Below are positions 53,347 through 63,589 of a DNA stretch of 64,000 nt, piece after piece. Each line of letters opens with the position of its first letter. The first letter of the stretch is position 1. The notes under the pieces were generated by a model. The model did no database searches and had not been told where the DNA came from. It was given only the letters and a program-made list of their open reading frames with translations. The DNA is from Candidatus Saccharimonadales bacterium (GTDB lineage: Bacteria > Patescibacteriota > Saccharimonadia > Saccharimonadales > JANWIN01). The stretch spans positions 109,318 through 173,317 of the forward strand of contig JANWIN010000012.1 of the NCBI GenBank assembly GCA_025449905.1, in the 5' to 3' direction. The position numbers and the translations under genes are program-made.

Positions 53347-54609
53347 ATGTTTGTAGACACTGTAAAAATAAAGCTTGAGGCTGGCAAAGGTGGTGATGGC
53401 GCAGTTAGTTTTCGGCATGAAAAATATGTTGACCGCGGCGGACCGGATGGTGGTGATGGCGGTAGGGGTGGCGATATTATCCTAGAGGCCAGCCGTAATC
53501 AAAACACGCTGGCAGCTTTTCGGCATAAGAAATTATTAAAAGCTCAAGATGGCCAAACTGGCAGTAAGGTAAAGCGTCATGGCAAAAGCGGCCAGAATTT
53601 AATCGTACCCGTGCCGATTGGAACGGTGGCAATTGATAAAACCGGCAAGGTTTTAGCTGATCTAACAAACGATAACCAACAAACGGTAATTGCTAACGGC
53701 GGACAGGGTGGTTTTGGCAATGCTCACTTTGTGTCATCGCGCCGTCAAGCTCCACGCATAGCTGAAAATGGTGAGAAGGGTGACAAGCTGGAAGTTAGCT
53801 TGGAGCTTAAATTAATAGCTGATGTGGGCATTGTTGGCCTGCCAAATGCCGGTAAAAGCACCCTGCTGTCAGTAATTAGTCATGCTCGGCCGGAAATCGC
53901 CGATTATCCATTTACAACTCTAGCGCCTAACTTGGGGATGGTTGATATTGATAAAAAAACCAGCCTGTTATTTGCAGATATCCCCGGATTGATTGCCGGC
54001 GCTAGCCACGGCAAGGGTTTGGGCGATGAATTTTTACGGCACGTTGAGCGCACTAGTGTACTGGTGCACTTAATCGATGTTTATGAGAACGTCACCAGGG
54101 CTTACAAAATAATTCAAAAAGAATTGAAGGATTACAAAATCGACTTGTCCAAGCGGCCGCAAATTATCGCGCTTACCAAAACCGAGGGCCTAAATAAAAA
54201 GGAGATTAGTGCCGTGACTCGTGAGCTAAAGCCGTTTTTACCCAAGAAGACTCCACTACTGGCTATTTCTGCCCAGAGCCACGAAAATCTGGACAAACTG
54301 CTTTATAAAGCCAAAGAACTGGTAGCCAAACACAAAGTCGCCAAACCCAAACAAGGCAAGAAGAAATTGCCGGTGTTGCGTCTACCTCGCAGCCTAGATT
54401 CTTGGAAGGTTGTGAGGCGGGGCGATAAATATATAATTTCTGGTCGCAAGATTGAGCGCTTTGCAGAGCGGACGGATTTTGATAATCCCGAAGCCGTTGC
54501 CAGGTTGAGGAATATTATAAAAAAAATGGGTATTGCTCACGAACTAATCAGGCAAGGCATCAAATCTAACGAAACGATTGTAATTGGTAAGAGCAGCCTC
54601 AAATGGTAG
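53347..54609 (+). CDS. obgE: GTPase ObgE/CgtA
   Basis: Obg fold MFVDTVKIKLEAGKGGDG with Gly-rich repeats, G1 GLPNAGKST, G3 DIPGL, and a C-terminal OCT-like domain. Confidence 0.9.
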   Translation: MFVDTVKIKLEAGKGGDGAVSFRHEKYVDRGGPDGGDGGRGGDIILEASRNQNTLAAFRHKKLLKAQDGQTGSKVKRHGKSGQNLIVPVPIGTVAIDKTGKVLADLTNDNQQTVIANGGQGGFGNAHFVSSRRQAPRIAENGEKGDKLEVSLELKLIADVGIVGLPNAGKSTLLSVISHARPEIADYPFTTLAPNLGMVDIDKKTSLLFADIPGLIAGASHGKGLGDEFLRHVERTSVLVHLIDVYENVTRAYKIIQKELKDYKIDLSKRPQIIALTKTEGLNKKEISAVTRELKPFLPKKTPLLAISAQSHENLDKLLYKAKELVAKHKVAKPKQGKKKLPVLRLPRSLDSWKVVRRGDKYIISGRKIERFAERTDFDNPEAVARLRNIIKKMGIAHELIRQGIKSNETIVIGKSSLKW

Positions 54610-54611
54610 GG

Positions 54612-55148
54612 TTATAGACAGTGGGTGTAGTTTAAGCTTGTAACCGGCAGCTTATCGACAAGGATCTTGTCTTTGCCGCTGCTAAGAAGCAGCTTAATAC
54701 TGACAGATTCTGTAGCCTTAACACTATCTAAATCAATACCATTCGCAAGCTCGCCCCACCAGCCAGTTGACCAGCCCTGTTTTGGTTTGTTTTTAATGTG
54801 TTTACTGCCTTGGTAAACCGATACTTTTACGCCTTCGACCTTAACAGGCCTGGAACGCGACGGTTTGGCGCGGAATGTAGTTACATGAAGTGCGTACTTG
54901 CTTGAATATATATTTTTGGGGTCTGACTGCCCCTTAAAGACAACATAATAATATGACTCAGCATCCTTGTAGTTATCCGGAAAGACTGTCCAGCTGCAAG
55001 CTTCTGATTTTGGTTTGGACTTTATTTGGTTATAAATAGCATATCCGATTACAGTTACGACAAACAGAACGATTAAAACTAAGAAAACCTTTATGTAGTT
55101 ATTTTTTGACATAGTTTTTGCCATAGTTTGTTTCTTTGCTCTTTTCAT
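54612..55148 (-). CDS. membrane-anchored exported protein, tandem paralog 3 of 3
   Basis: A Lys-rich N-terminus is followed by a single TM, one Cys shortly after the TM (SEAC), a GWSTGWWGE block, and a Cys two residues from the C-terminus (THCL). Confidence 0.55.
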   Translation of the reverse strand: MKRAKKQTMAKTMSKNNYIKVFLVLIVLFVVTVIGYAIYNQIKSKPKSEACSWTVFPDNYKDAESYYYVVFKGQSDPKNIYSSKYALHVTTFRAKPSRSRPVKVEGVKVSVYQGSKHIKNKPKQGWSTGWWGELANGIDLDSVKATESVSIKLLLSSGKDKILVDKLPVTSLNYTHCL

Positions 55149-55154
55149 AATTTT

Positions 55155-55622
55155 TTAACAATTTCTAATTGAGTTTAGTGGCCAAGGATCTCCGGAAGTA
55201 ATATTCGTAAAGAACCTAACAGTGTTTACAGGATTCACTGGATAGTATTCAACATATGCTTGGGTAGCATAAAGACCATACCAATTACTACTGCTCTTTG
55301 CTTTTGAGCCCCTTTCGCTTGTACTAAGATAGATTGTCTTATATGCCGTGGAGTATCGAGTGGTAAAGTTTTTTACTAGGTATTTATTTGGCGCGCGAAA
55401 TGATTTGCAGGCTTGGATTTTTAGACCATAGTACCCGGGATTAATTGTAGTTAGTCCACCAGCTTGGGCTTTATAGATTTTGTCATACGCTACAAGCCCT
55501 GTTGAGGCTAGTACTAAAACTAAAGCCAGGGACAGAAATATTTTTTTGGGCTTTGAGTCGGTCTTGAACCAACCGGCGTACAGTTTACCTTGAGTATTTT
55601 TCTTTGTTACTTTTTGAGCCAT
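55155..55622 (-). CDS. membrane-anchored exported protein, tandem paralog 2 of 3
   Basis: Same architecture: Lys-rich N-terminus, TM, Cys (IQAC), an SSNWYG block, and a terminal Cys (IRNC). Confidence 0.55.
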   Translation of the reverse strand: MAQKVTKKNTQGKLYAGWFKTDSKPKKIFLSLALVLVLASTGLVAYDKIYKAQAGGLTTINPGYYGLKIQACKSFRAPNKYLVKNFTTRYSTAYKTIYLSTSERGSKAKSSSNWYGLYATQAYVEYYPVNPVNTVRFFTNITSGDPWPLNSIRNC

Positions 55623-55647
55623 TTGCGTTTTCGACTGCTACTAAACA

Positions 55648-56208
55648 TTAACAGTCTTTTATCTCACTTGAAGAGAAATATTTACTTGATATTATTTTAC
55701 TCGCTTTAACTTCTTTCAAAGTTTTCGAATCAATTAGCACTTCAAATCTTACGCTCTTGCCTGACGCGATGCTTCTTTGACTGCTATTTGCTACTCCAAA
55801 CCACCAACTAGTTGACCATTCATCGAGCAAAACTTCATTACTATTGTGACTTGGAATGATACGAATGCCATAAACATTAGGCGAGTATCTAATGGTCCAA
55901 GACCTTATGCTATAAAGTCCAGAAGTGCCGCCGTATTTACAAACAGCAACTGTAGCAGGCACATTTTCATTGAATTTGACTACTGTATAGTTGTTATTAA
56001 ATGCCCGAGTATTAATTTGGCGTTCTTTAACTTTGCTATAAGCAGTAAAACCAGCTGTAGCTAAAATTAAAACTAAAACAGCAGCTAAAAACCCCTTCAG
56101 CCATTTGGGTTGTTTTTTTATTGAACCACCAACTTTGGCCAAGCTATTTGTTTTTTTATTCGTTTTCATGTTTTTATTTTTTGTGAGCTTATAAGTAAAC
56201 ATTAGCAC
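55648..56208 (-). CDS. membrane-anchored exported protein, tandem paralog 1 of 3
   Basis: Same architecture: Lys-rich N-terminus, TM, Cys (VAVC), an EWSTSWWFG block, and a terminal Cys (IKDC). The likely start is the internal MKTNKK. Confidence 0.55.
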   Translation of the reverse strand: MLMFTYKLTKNKNMKTNKKTNSLAKVGGSIKKQPKWLKGFLAAVLVLILATAGFTAYSKVKERQINTRAFNNNYTVVKFNENVPATVAVCKYGGTSGLYSIRSWTIRYSPNVYGIRIIPSHNSNEVLLDEWSTSWWFGVANSSQRSIASGKSVRFEVLIDSKTLKEVKASKIISSKYFSSSEIKDC

Positions 56209-56244
56209 GTTTTACAGATTAAACAAGAAGGGAAAATTGTCCGC

Positions 56245-56253
56245 TGTGGATAA
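56245..56253 (-). promoter_or_regulatory. perfect DnaA-box 9-mer (TTATCCACA on the minus strand)
   Basis: The + strand reads TGTGGATAA, in the divergent promoter region between the paralog operon and lepB. Confidence 0.3.
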
Positions 56254-56287
56254 GTTAAACAGCTAATGCTCTACTATATAAGCAGTA

Positions 56288-57832
56288 ATGTTAGGAAGAA
56301 CAAAAAAACTGGCCATCCTTTTTGGGTTGATCGAGCTTTTTGCAACCTTTGGCTTCTTATTAAAACCCGCGGCAGCATTGCCTCTATCTACTAGTTGCGG
56401 CTCTAACCTCATTAACTATACAGCTCTGTATCCGCTGGAAGCTGATACTTACGATGTCTATGTTCGTTTGGGCAAACGCGACCAAACCGCTAAAGCAGCA
56501 CTTTATTTACAGCCATTAGATTCAGAAAGCTGCCAAAAACTGGTTGACTCTAAGGTAAACGGCAAAAAGTGGACCCGTGCTGGCACTATAGAAAATACCC
56601 AGCCAACCCAAGCCACCTTGACTCTCGCTTCCAGCGAGTTTGAAGACTTACCGAGCGCCAATAGTCCCACGGTTATGCTGGTACCTCGTTCTGCTCCAGT
56701 CTGCCAGCCAACCACCGAATGTTTTGTAAATATTAACGGTAAGCGGGGAGTTGTACATGCCACCGGCACAAAACTTGGCCAGGATTCGCTGCATGTGGTG
56801 GTGCCTAAAAACCCCGCCAACGATAAACTTCTATCTGTCGACTATTACATTGACAACAAGCTTGCCTATTCTTTGAGCGAAATTAAACCTTTTAATATGC
56901 GCTATGTTGGCGGCGGTGAACACACCTTAGCGACAGTCGCCACCTATGATTCACAGCAACAAATTGTCTTTAGCGAGCAAATTAAACAAAACGCCTATGA
57001 TGACTTGGACAATTTATTATTCAGCGGTTGGCATAAATATAAACCGGTTTTTATTATTGGTATCTCACTGCTGTTCATCTACGCCGTTTTTACCCTGTGC
57101 CTTTACGTGGCCCGCAAAGTCTATCAAAAACGGTTGTGGGAAAAACTTCACGATGTTTCTATTAAGACGCTTGATGCTACGGCGCCTGACCAGTCGCAAA
57201 TAACCACCATAAAACTAAAATTCCTAGCGATTAATCCGGATTTGAGAAAAGTTGCCAAACGCTCCGCAATTTTTATTGCTATTCTGGCCAGCTCTGTGGT
57301 GCTAATTATTGTCGCCAACAACTGGGTTTTACAATTATACGAGGTTGACGGACCGAGTATGAAAAGTACTTTGCAAAATGGCGACGGCATCGTAGTCAAT
57401 AAATTTGGCAAGGCTTGGCAGGGTATACTCGGCAAACCATACATACCCAAGAGAGGCGAGGTAGTGGTCTTTAGCCGTGCACAGGATGTTTTATATGAGC
57501 CGGTTGAAAGCAGCGCTCCGACATATTTAGTTAAACGTGTAGTTGGTCTACCGGGTGAGCGGGTTGTGGTAAAAGAGGGTAAGGTAACAGTTTATAATGA
57601 CGCCAATAAAAATGGTTTTAACCCGGACGATTCTAAAGACTGGACCAAAGATTTGCACTTGAGCCAGTACGATCGCATCGATCTTACAGTTGGCCCTGAC
57701 GAGATTTTTGTTTGCGGCGATAACCGCGAAGAGTCGATTGATTCACGTTCGTTCGGACCGATTAAGATAAATCAGGTGGTAGGAGATGTTGCTTTTAGAC
57801 TTTCGCCGCTAAGTCATATACGTATACTTTAA
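56288..57832 (+). CDS. lepB: signal peptidase I with a ~330-aa N-terminal extension
   Basis: The C-terminal SPase I boxes are GPSMKSTL (Ser), VKRVVGLPGE (Lys) and GDNREESIDSRSFG. They are preceded by an extra exodomain and two TM segments. Confidence 0.8.
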   Translation: MLGRTKKLAILFGLIELFATFGFLLKPAAALPLSTSCGSNLINYTALYPLEADTYDVYVRLGKRDQTAKAALYLQPLDSESCQKLVDSKVNGKKWTRAGTIENTQPTQATLTLASSEFEDLPSANSPTVMLVPRSAPVCQPTTECFVNINGKRGVVHATGTKLGQDSLHVVVPKNPANDKLLSVDYYIDNKLAYSLSEIKPFNMRYVGGGEHTLATVATYDSQQQIVFSEQIKQNAYDDLDNLLFSGWHKYKPVFIIGISLLFIYAVFTLCLYVARKVYQKRLWEKLHDVSIKTLDATAPDQSQITTIKLKFLAINPDLRKVAKRSAIFIAILASSVVLIIVANNWVLQLYEVDGPSMKSTLQNGDGIVVNKFGKAWQGILGKPYIPKRGEVVVFSRAQDVLYEPVESSAPTYLVKRVVGLPGERVVVKEGKVTVYNDANKNGFNPDDSKDWTKDLHLSQYDRIDLTVGPDEIFVCGDNREESIDSRSFGPIKINQVVGDVAFRLSPLSHIRIL

Positions 57833-57835
57833 GTA

Positions 57836-59254
57836 ATGAATTTTTATTTTTATGATTTAGAAACTAGTGGTTTTAAACCTCGCGAAGCGAGAATTATGCA
57901 GTTCGGCGGCCAGCGAACCGATATGAACCTCCAGCCGATTGGCGAACCGGATAATTATTTCATAAAACTCACCGAAGACATTTTGCCAGACCCAGAGGCT
58001 ATTTTGGTAACTGGCATTACCCCTCAGCTAACCCACACCAAAGGCCTGACAGAAGCCGAATTTTTAAAATTTTTTTTTAAAGACATCAACCAGCCTAACA
58101 CCATATTCGTTGGCTATAACAGCATACGTTTTGATGATGAGTTTATGCGTTTTTTGATGTATCGAAACTTTTATGATGCCTATGAATGGCAGTGGAAAGA
58201 CGGCAATAGCCGCTGGGACTTGCTGGATCCGGTGCGTATGACCCGAGCGCTAAGGCCCGAAGGCCTTAAATGGCCGCTTAATAGCGAGGGCATTCAGACC
58301 AATCAACTGGGATTATTGGCGAGCATTAATAAGCTTAATCACACCAATGCGCACGACGCCTTAAGTGATGTTATGGTGACGATTGATTTAGCGCGCTTGT
58401 TAAAATCCAAGCAGCCTAAGCTATTTGAGTATCTACTTAAGATGCGCAGCAAAAGCAATATCGCCAAGCTAGCTAAGTCTGGCGAACCATTTGTATACAC
58501 TTCGGGAAAATATCACAGCCGTTTTGAGAAAACGACTATCGTTAGCGCGGTTGCCAATCATCCACAGCGAGCGGCTACCCTAGTTTATGATTTACGCCAT
58601 GACCCCGCAGAGTTTGCCGATATGTCAGCCGATGAGCTAGCCTCTATTTGGCGCCGGCCGATAGATGAAAACGAAGTCGTGTTGCCGGTCAAAACGCTGC
58701 AATTTAATCGTTGCCCGGCTGTCGCGCCAATCAGCGTTTTGGACAAGGCCGCCATAAAAAGACTACAGCTGGATATGGAACAAGTCGAAGAAAACCAGAC
58801 TCGACTAAAGTCTATGAAAGACTGGCCAGCTAAATTGCAGGCAGCTTTAGATATTTTAAATGACAGCCAACAAACAAAACTTATAGAGGATGAACGAGTT
58901 GATAACAAGCTTTATGATGGATTCTTGAGCGACTATGATCGGGTCATATCTAAAAAAATCCGTGAAGCGATGCCCGATGAACTGCGGGAAATAGCCAAAC
59001 GCTGCAAGGACGAACGATTAACAAATTTGGCTCCGCTTTATAAGGCTAGAAATTTTCCTGATGATTTAAATGACGACGAAAAAAATCTATGGCTTCAGTA
59101 TTGCCGGGGTCAATTAATAGACAATAAACGACTTGATAATTATTTTGACCAGCTTGACGAATTAAAAACTCGAACAGGCTTAACTAAGGCTCAGCAAAAC
59201 TTGCTTCGGGATCTCGAAGATTATGGTCACAACCTCAAGGCCAAGTTAACCTAG
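57836..59254 (+). CDS. sbcB: exodeoxyribonuclease I
   Basis: DEDDh ExoI motifs FYFYDLETSG, YNSIRFDDEF and HDALSDV. The 472-aa length is typical of SbcB. Confidence 0.85.
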   Translation: MNFYFYDLETSGFKPREARIMQFGGQRTDMNLQPIGEPDNYFIKLTEDILPDPEAILVTGITPQLTHTKGLTEAEFLKFFFKDINQPNTIFVGYNSIRFDDEFMRFLMYRNFYDAYEWQWKDGNSRWDLLDPVRMTRALRPEGLKWPLNSEGIQTNQLGLLASINKLNHTNAHDALSDVMVTIDLARLLKSKQPKLFEYLLKMRSKSNIAKLAKSGEPFVYTSGKYHSRFEKTTIVSAVANHPQRAATLVYDLRHDPAEFADMSADELASIWRRPIDENEVVLPVKTLQFNRCPAVAPISVLDKAAIKRLQLDMEQVEENQTRLKSMKDWPAKLQAALDILNDSQQTKLIEDERVDNKLYDGFLSDYDRVISKKIREAMPDELREIAKRCKDERLTNLAPLYKARNFPDDLNDDEKNLWLQYCRGQLIDNKRLDNYFDQLDELKTRTGLTKAQQNLLRDLEDYGHNLKAKLT

Positions 59255-59382
59255 TCTTCTTTATGGAATCGCCTAGAGGCAAAAGCCAATGCTAAAAGTC
59301 CCACTAAAATTAGCCAATAGAAGGTAAATTGCCAGTGGGTACCAGGAATTAGACCAAGTACAATAAACTTTAGCATGACCAT
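59251..59382 (-). CDS. candidate small hydrophobic protein (43 aa)
   Basis: Hand-translated as MVMLKFIVLGLIPGTHWQFTFYWLILVGLLALAFASRRFHKED. It is convergent with sbcB and shares the overlapping CTAG at the stops. The SD is weak. Confidence 0.3.
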   Translation of the reverse strand: MVMLKFIVLGLIPGTHWQFTFYWLILVGLLALAFASRRFHKED

Positions 59383-59527
59383 GCCCCTTAATTAGGGGTT
59401 ATTATACATTTAATTGCGGATACGTCAATAATATATATTCTATGCTTATGGTATTTGCGTGTTGTCAATAAACTGCTAAAATAAATTTAAGTGGTGGGCA
59501 AAACTTAGCTCGGTCAAGAAAATCAAT

Positions 59528-60130
59528 ATGAAACAAACACACAGAAGACCAAGAGACAGCTTAAATTCAAACGGAAATTCGCGAATGGGAAAAAGTATTT
59601 CAAACGGTTTTGGCATAGTACGCAGGTTAACCCCTCCATCTCAACAGGAGCTTTTTGAGCATTTAGACGAAGCTGAAATAAATAATTCTATGGTTCGTCG
59701 CAGGACGCCCAGTCACTTAACAGTTATTCAATTTCTTAAATTATCTAAACACGAACAAAAGGCACTACATGTTGGTTTTAATATTGGTCGTTTAGAACAT
59801 AGATTAGAAAATGGCAACGGCAACGGTGATGGCGTACCTAGAAGAGCATTAACCGTAGAGCTGGGAGCAGTGGCATACTTAGGTAATTTTATTTATGCAG
59901 AAGTAGGTAATTCTGAGATAGATGACGAACAACTAAAACTAGCTGGTCAAATTGCCTTACACGGGATTTCACCCGTCAAGATAAACAGAAAAATTGTACC
60001 GCCCCATATCGGCATAGGCCATGCTCAACAAGGACCAATCGAAGAAATGCGCGAAAAAGTAGAAGATGCACTTAGCGGACAACATGTCGCCCTACAGCGC
60101 TGGCAGGTTTATCCAGATAGATACGCTTAG
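59528..60130 (+). CDS. hypothetical protein (possible degenerate 2H-phosphoesterase-like)
   Basis: 200-aa ORF, AT-rich. SHLTV and PHIGI lie about 87 aa apart and loosely resemble paired HxT/Sx motifs. It has a GNGNGNGDG low-complexity loop. Confidence 0.45.
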   Translation: MKQTHRRPRDSLNSNGNSRMGKSISNGFGIVRRLTPPSQQELFEHLDEAEINNSMVRRRTPSHLTVIQFLKLSKHEQKALHVGFNIGRLEHRLENGNGNGDGVPRRALTVELGAVAYLGNFIYAEVGNSEIDDEQLKLAGQIALHGISPVKINRKIVPPHIGIGHAQQGPIEEMREKVEDALSGQHVALQRWQVYPDRYA

Positions 60131-60174
60131 ACACTAGAATTTCTCTCTGTTTTAGCGTATAATCTTTTGTTCAA

Positions 60175-62985
60175 ATGAGCGACGATATTGTAGTTAAAGG
60201 TGCCCGCGAGCATAACCTCAAGAACGTTGATGTTACCATCCCGCGCGGCAAATTAGTGGTTATTACTGGCCTTTCCGGTTCCGGAAAGTCCAGCCTGGCT
60301 TTTGACACCATTTATGCCGAAGGCCAGCGTCGCTACGTTGAGTCGCTAAGTTCTTATGCCCGCCAGTTTTTAGGGCTGATGGAAAAACCAGATGTCGACC
60401 AAATTGACGGACTTAGCCCGGCTATTTCTATTGATCAAAAATCTACCAGCCGCAACCCGCGCTCCACGGTAGCGACAGTCACCGAAATTTATGATTACCT
60501 GCGTCTGCTGTTCGCCCGCATCGGCACGCCGCACTGCCCAGTTTGCGGCAAACCGGTTACCAGGCAAACATCGGCCGCTATTGTAGAGCAGATTGCCAGC
60601 AATGATAAGAAAGCGCGGTTAATGGTACTTGCGCCGGTAGTTATAGACAAGAAAGGCGCTTTTGAACACATCCCCGAGCAATATATGCGGGCCGGTTTTG
60701 CCCGAGTAAGAGTTGATAACGTGGTTTACTCGCTTGATGAATTTCCTACGTTGGACAAAAAGTACAAACACACTATTGAAGTGGTGGTTGACCGTCTGGT
60801 GAATGACGAAGATAGCCACGGACGCCTAGTCCAGTCGGTTGAGCAGGCTCTCGACATAGCTGACGGTAAAGTCACAGTCGTAGATGCTGAGAACAAGCAC
60901 GAGAAAAGCTATAGCCTGATGTATGCCTGCATTGACCATCCCGAAGTGGCTATCCCGGAGCTCGAGCCGCGAACTTTCAGTTTCAACTCGCCGCATGGTG
61001 CTTGTCCGGTTTGTACCGGATTGGGCTCTAAGCTGGAAGTTGACCCCGAACTGGTTATTCCAAATGGACGATTGACGATTATGGAAGGCGCCATTCGTCC
61101 CTTTAATCGCATTAATACCGATGCTTGGTATACGAAAAAATTGCAGGCGGTGGCTGACGCCCACGGTTTTAGCCTGCACGTGCCAACCGGTGAGCTGAAA
61201 AAAGACGATCTAGATAAAATTCTCTATGGCACCGGCGAGGAAAAATATCGCGTCTCAATTGGTATTGGCCGCTCGTTTTCCACGACTTATGAAGGTGTGA
61301 TTCCCAACCTGGAACGCCGTCATAAAGAAACCGAAAGTGATTTTATGCGCCGTGACATCGAACGCTTTATGCATGAGCTGCCGTGCCACGCCTGCAAGGG
61401 CCTGCGCTTAAAGCCCGAAGTTTTGGCTGTGACGGTGGCAGACAATTCCATAATGGACGTTTGCCAGTTATCAATTGATGACGCTGTTAAATTTTTCGCT
61501 GATATTAAATTGAATGATAAAGAGATGCAAATTGCTCACCAGATATTGAAGGAAATCAAAGCTCGCTTAAAGTTTATGCAAGATGTCGGACTAGAATATT
61601 TAAACTTATTACGGAGCGCCGTGACATTGTCTGGCGGTGAGGCCCAGCGCATTCGTTTGGCCACTCAAATTGGTTCCGGACTAATGGGTGTGCTGTATGT
61701 GCTGGATGAGCCGTCAATTGGCCTGCACCAGCGCGATAACGCTCGCTTGCTTAATACCCTTAGACATCTGCGTGATATCGGTAACAGTGTGATTGTCGTG
61801 GAGCATGATGAAGAGACTATTCGCTCAGCCGATTACTTGTTGGATATTGGGCCGGGCGCTGGTATCCACGGTGGCAAAATTGTGGCCCAAGGCGCGCCCA
61901 CGGCAGTAGCTAAAGCCAAAAACAGTATTACCGGTCAATACCTGCGCGGTGAAAAGAAAATCGCCGTGCCTAAAAAACGACGAGCGGGCAACGGCAAAAA
62001 TCTTACCATCATTGGCGCCCGCGAAAACAACCTAAAAAGTATTAATGTTGAAATTCCACTAGGACAGTTAGTTGTGGTTAGCGGTGTTTCCGGCTCCGGC
62101 AAATCAAGCCTAATTAATGATATCTTAGCTAAAGAATTATCGGCACGTTTGCACCGGGCCAACTCCGTACCTGGTAAACATGACGACATTGAAGGCATTG
62201 AGCACTTAGACAAAGCAATTATCATTGATCAATCGCCAATTGGCCGCACACCGCGCTCTAATCCGGCAACTTATACCGGATTGTTTACGCCAATTCGCGA
62301 ACTATTTGCGGCTACACCAGAAGCCAAACTACGTGGCTACGCACCAGGCCGCTTTAGCTTCAATGTCCGGGGCGGACGCTGCGAAAACTGCAGTGGCGAC
62401 GGCATTATCAAGATTGAAATGCACTTTTTACCGGATGTTTACGTAACCTGTGAGGTTTGCAAAGGCAAGCGCTACAACCGTGAGGCGCTGGAAATTCACT
62501 ATAAAGGCAAGACTATTGCCGATGTGCTGGAAATGACCTGCGAACAAGCTTTGGAGTTTTTCACCAACATTCCTTCAGTGGCCCGCAAACTTCAAACATT
62601 GGTTGACGTCGGCCTTGGCTATATTGGATTGGGTCAGCCGGCTACAACTTTGTCAGGCGGAGAGGCCCAGCGCATAAAGCTGGCTAGCGAGCTGTCTCGC
62701 CGCGCCACTGGCCGTACGCTTTACATTTTGGACGAACCAACCACTGGTTTGCATATGGCTGACGTTGAAAAGCTATTGCAGGTTTTACACGCTCTAGTCG
62801 AAAGCGGCAATAGTATTATTGTCATCGAGCATAACTTGGACGTTATTAAATCAGCTGATCACATTATAGATATGGGGCCAGCTGGCGGCGCCGCCGGCGG
62901 GGAAATTGTGGCCAAAGGGACGCCCGAAGCAGTTAGCAAAAACTCCAAGTCTTTTACCGGCCAATATTTAAGGAAAATGCTTTGA
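60175..62985 (+). CDS. uvrA: excinuclease ABC subunit A
   Basis: Two ABC modules (GLSGSGKSS and GVSGSGKSS), two LSGGE signatures, and zinc-finger CxxC pairs. 936 aa. Confidence 0.95.
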   Translation: MSDDIVVKGAREHNLKNVDVTIPRGKLVVITGLSGSGKSSLAFDTIYAEGQRRYVESLSSYARQFLGLMEKPDVDQIDGLSPAISIDQKSTSRNPRSTVATVTEIYDYLRLLFARIGTPHCPVCGKPVTRQTSAAIVEQIASNDKKARLMVLAPVVIDKKGAFEHIPEQYMRAGFARVRVDNVVYSLDEFPTLDKKYKHTIEVVVDRLVNDEDSHGRLVQSVEQALDIADGKVTVVDAENKHEKSYSLMYACIDHPEVAIPELEPRTFSFNSPHGACPVCTGLGSKLEVDPELVIPNGRLTIMEGAIRPFNRINTDAWYTKKLQAVADAHGFSLHVPTGELKKDDLDKILYGTGEEKYRVSIGIGRSFSTTYEGVIPNLERRHKETESDFMRRDIERFMHELPCHACKGLRLKPEVLAVTVADNSIMDVCQLSIDDAVKFFADIKLNDKEMQIAHQILKEIKARLKFMQDVGLEYLNLLRSAVTLSGGEAQRIRLATQIGSGLMGVLYVLDEPSIGLHQRDNARLLNTLRHLRDIGNSVIVVEHDEETIRSADYLLDIGPGAGIHGGKIVAQGAPTAVAKAKNSITGQYLRGEKKIAVPKKRRAGNGKNLTIIGARENNLKSINVEIPLGQLVVVSGVSGSGKSSLINDILAKELSARLHRANSVPGKHDDIEGIEHLDKAIIIDQSPIGRTPRSNPATYTGLFTPIRELFAATPEAKLRGYAPGRFSFNVRGGRCENCSGDGIIKIEMHFLPDVYVTCEVCKGKRYNREALEIHYKGKTIADVLEMTCEQALEFFTNIPSVARKLQTLVDVGLGYIGLGQPATTLSGGEAQRIKLASELSRRATGRTLYILDEPTTGLHMADVEKLLQVLHALVESGNSIIVIEHNLDVIKSADHIIDMGPAGGAAGGEIVAKGTPEAVSKNSKSFTGQYLRKML

Positions 62986-62997
62986 GCGCTATTAACA

Positions 62998-63543
62998 TTA
63001 ATCAATTGTGGAGCCAGGGGCAGGGGTATAGAATCCTAATTTCCTCATTCTTGGTCTAAGTTTCGCAGCGACAAAGCCTGCGTATCTAGTCTCGTCATGA
63101 GCTTGAACATTCTCGCCTAAGATCTTGCGAGCTTGGATTATGGATCCCTCTCCGTAGCGCATTTTTCTAAGATAGATTTTTGACTCTAAAGTATAAAATA
63201 CACTATCTGTAACAAGCGTAGATAGCAAATTAATATGCTGGTTACGCACAAAATATATATCAGCTGGTTTAGTTGGCTCCACAAAAGTGGCTCTACACTC
63301 TGATTCCTTTGCTAATTTGGCGATTGGTTCAAATCTTGCCGCAACAGTCGCGTTAGAGTGGGGTGGATATAAGGTTTCAACAGGATTATCATATTTGAAC
63401 TCAGGATGTTGACTCTGAAGTCCCTCTAGTAAAAGAGAGCCCGCACTTTTTACTAGTTGGTCAAAGTCAGCAGGAATTCTTAGGCCTGTTATGGTTTCAC
63501 CAGGCTGCACATTTTCAATTGATAAACTGTCTACACCGACCAT
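62998..63543 (-). CDS. hypothetical protein
   Basis: From the ORF track only (181 aa). No recognisable motif. Confidence 0.45.
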   Translation of the reverse strand: MVGVDSLSIENVQPGETITGLRIPADFDQLVKSAGSLLLEGLQSQHPEFKYDNPVETLYPPHSNATVAARFEPIAKLAKESECRATFVEPTKPADIYFVRNQHINLLSTLVTDSVFYTLESKIYLRKMRYGEGSIIQARKILGENVQAHDETRYAGFVAAKLRPRMRKLGFYTPAPGSTID

Positions 63544-63589
63544 ATAAAACTAACTATAACATCTATAATGTACTTTTACAAACTAATTC

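Noticed and set aside
19143-56253. Replication origin suggested by the DnaA boxes
   Set aside because: The three perfect boxes are 16-21 kb apart rather than clustered. There is no AT-rich unwinding element beside them and no dnaA or dnaN in the window.
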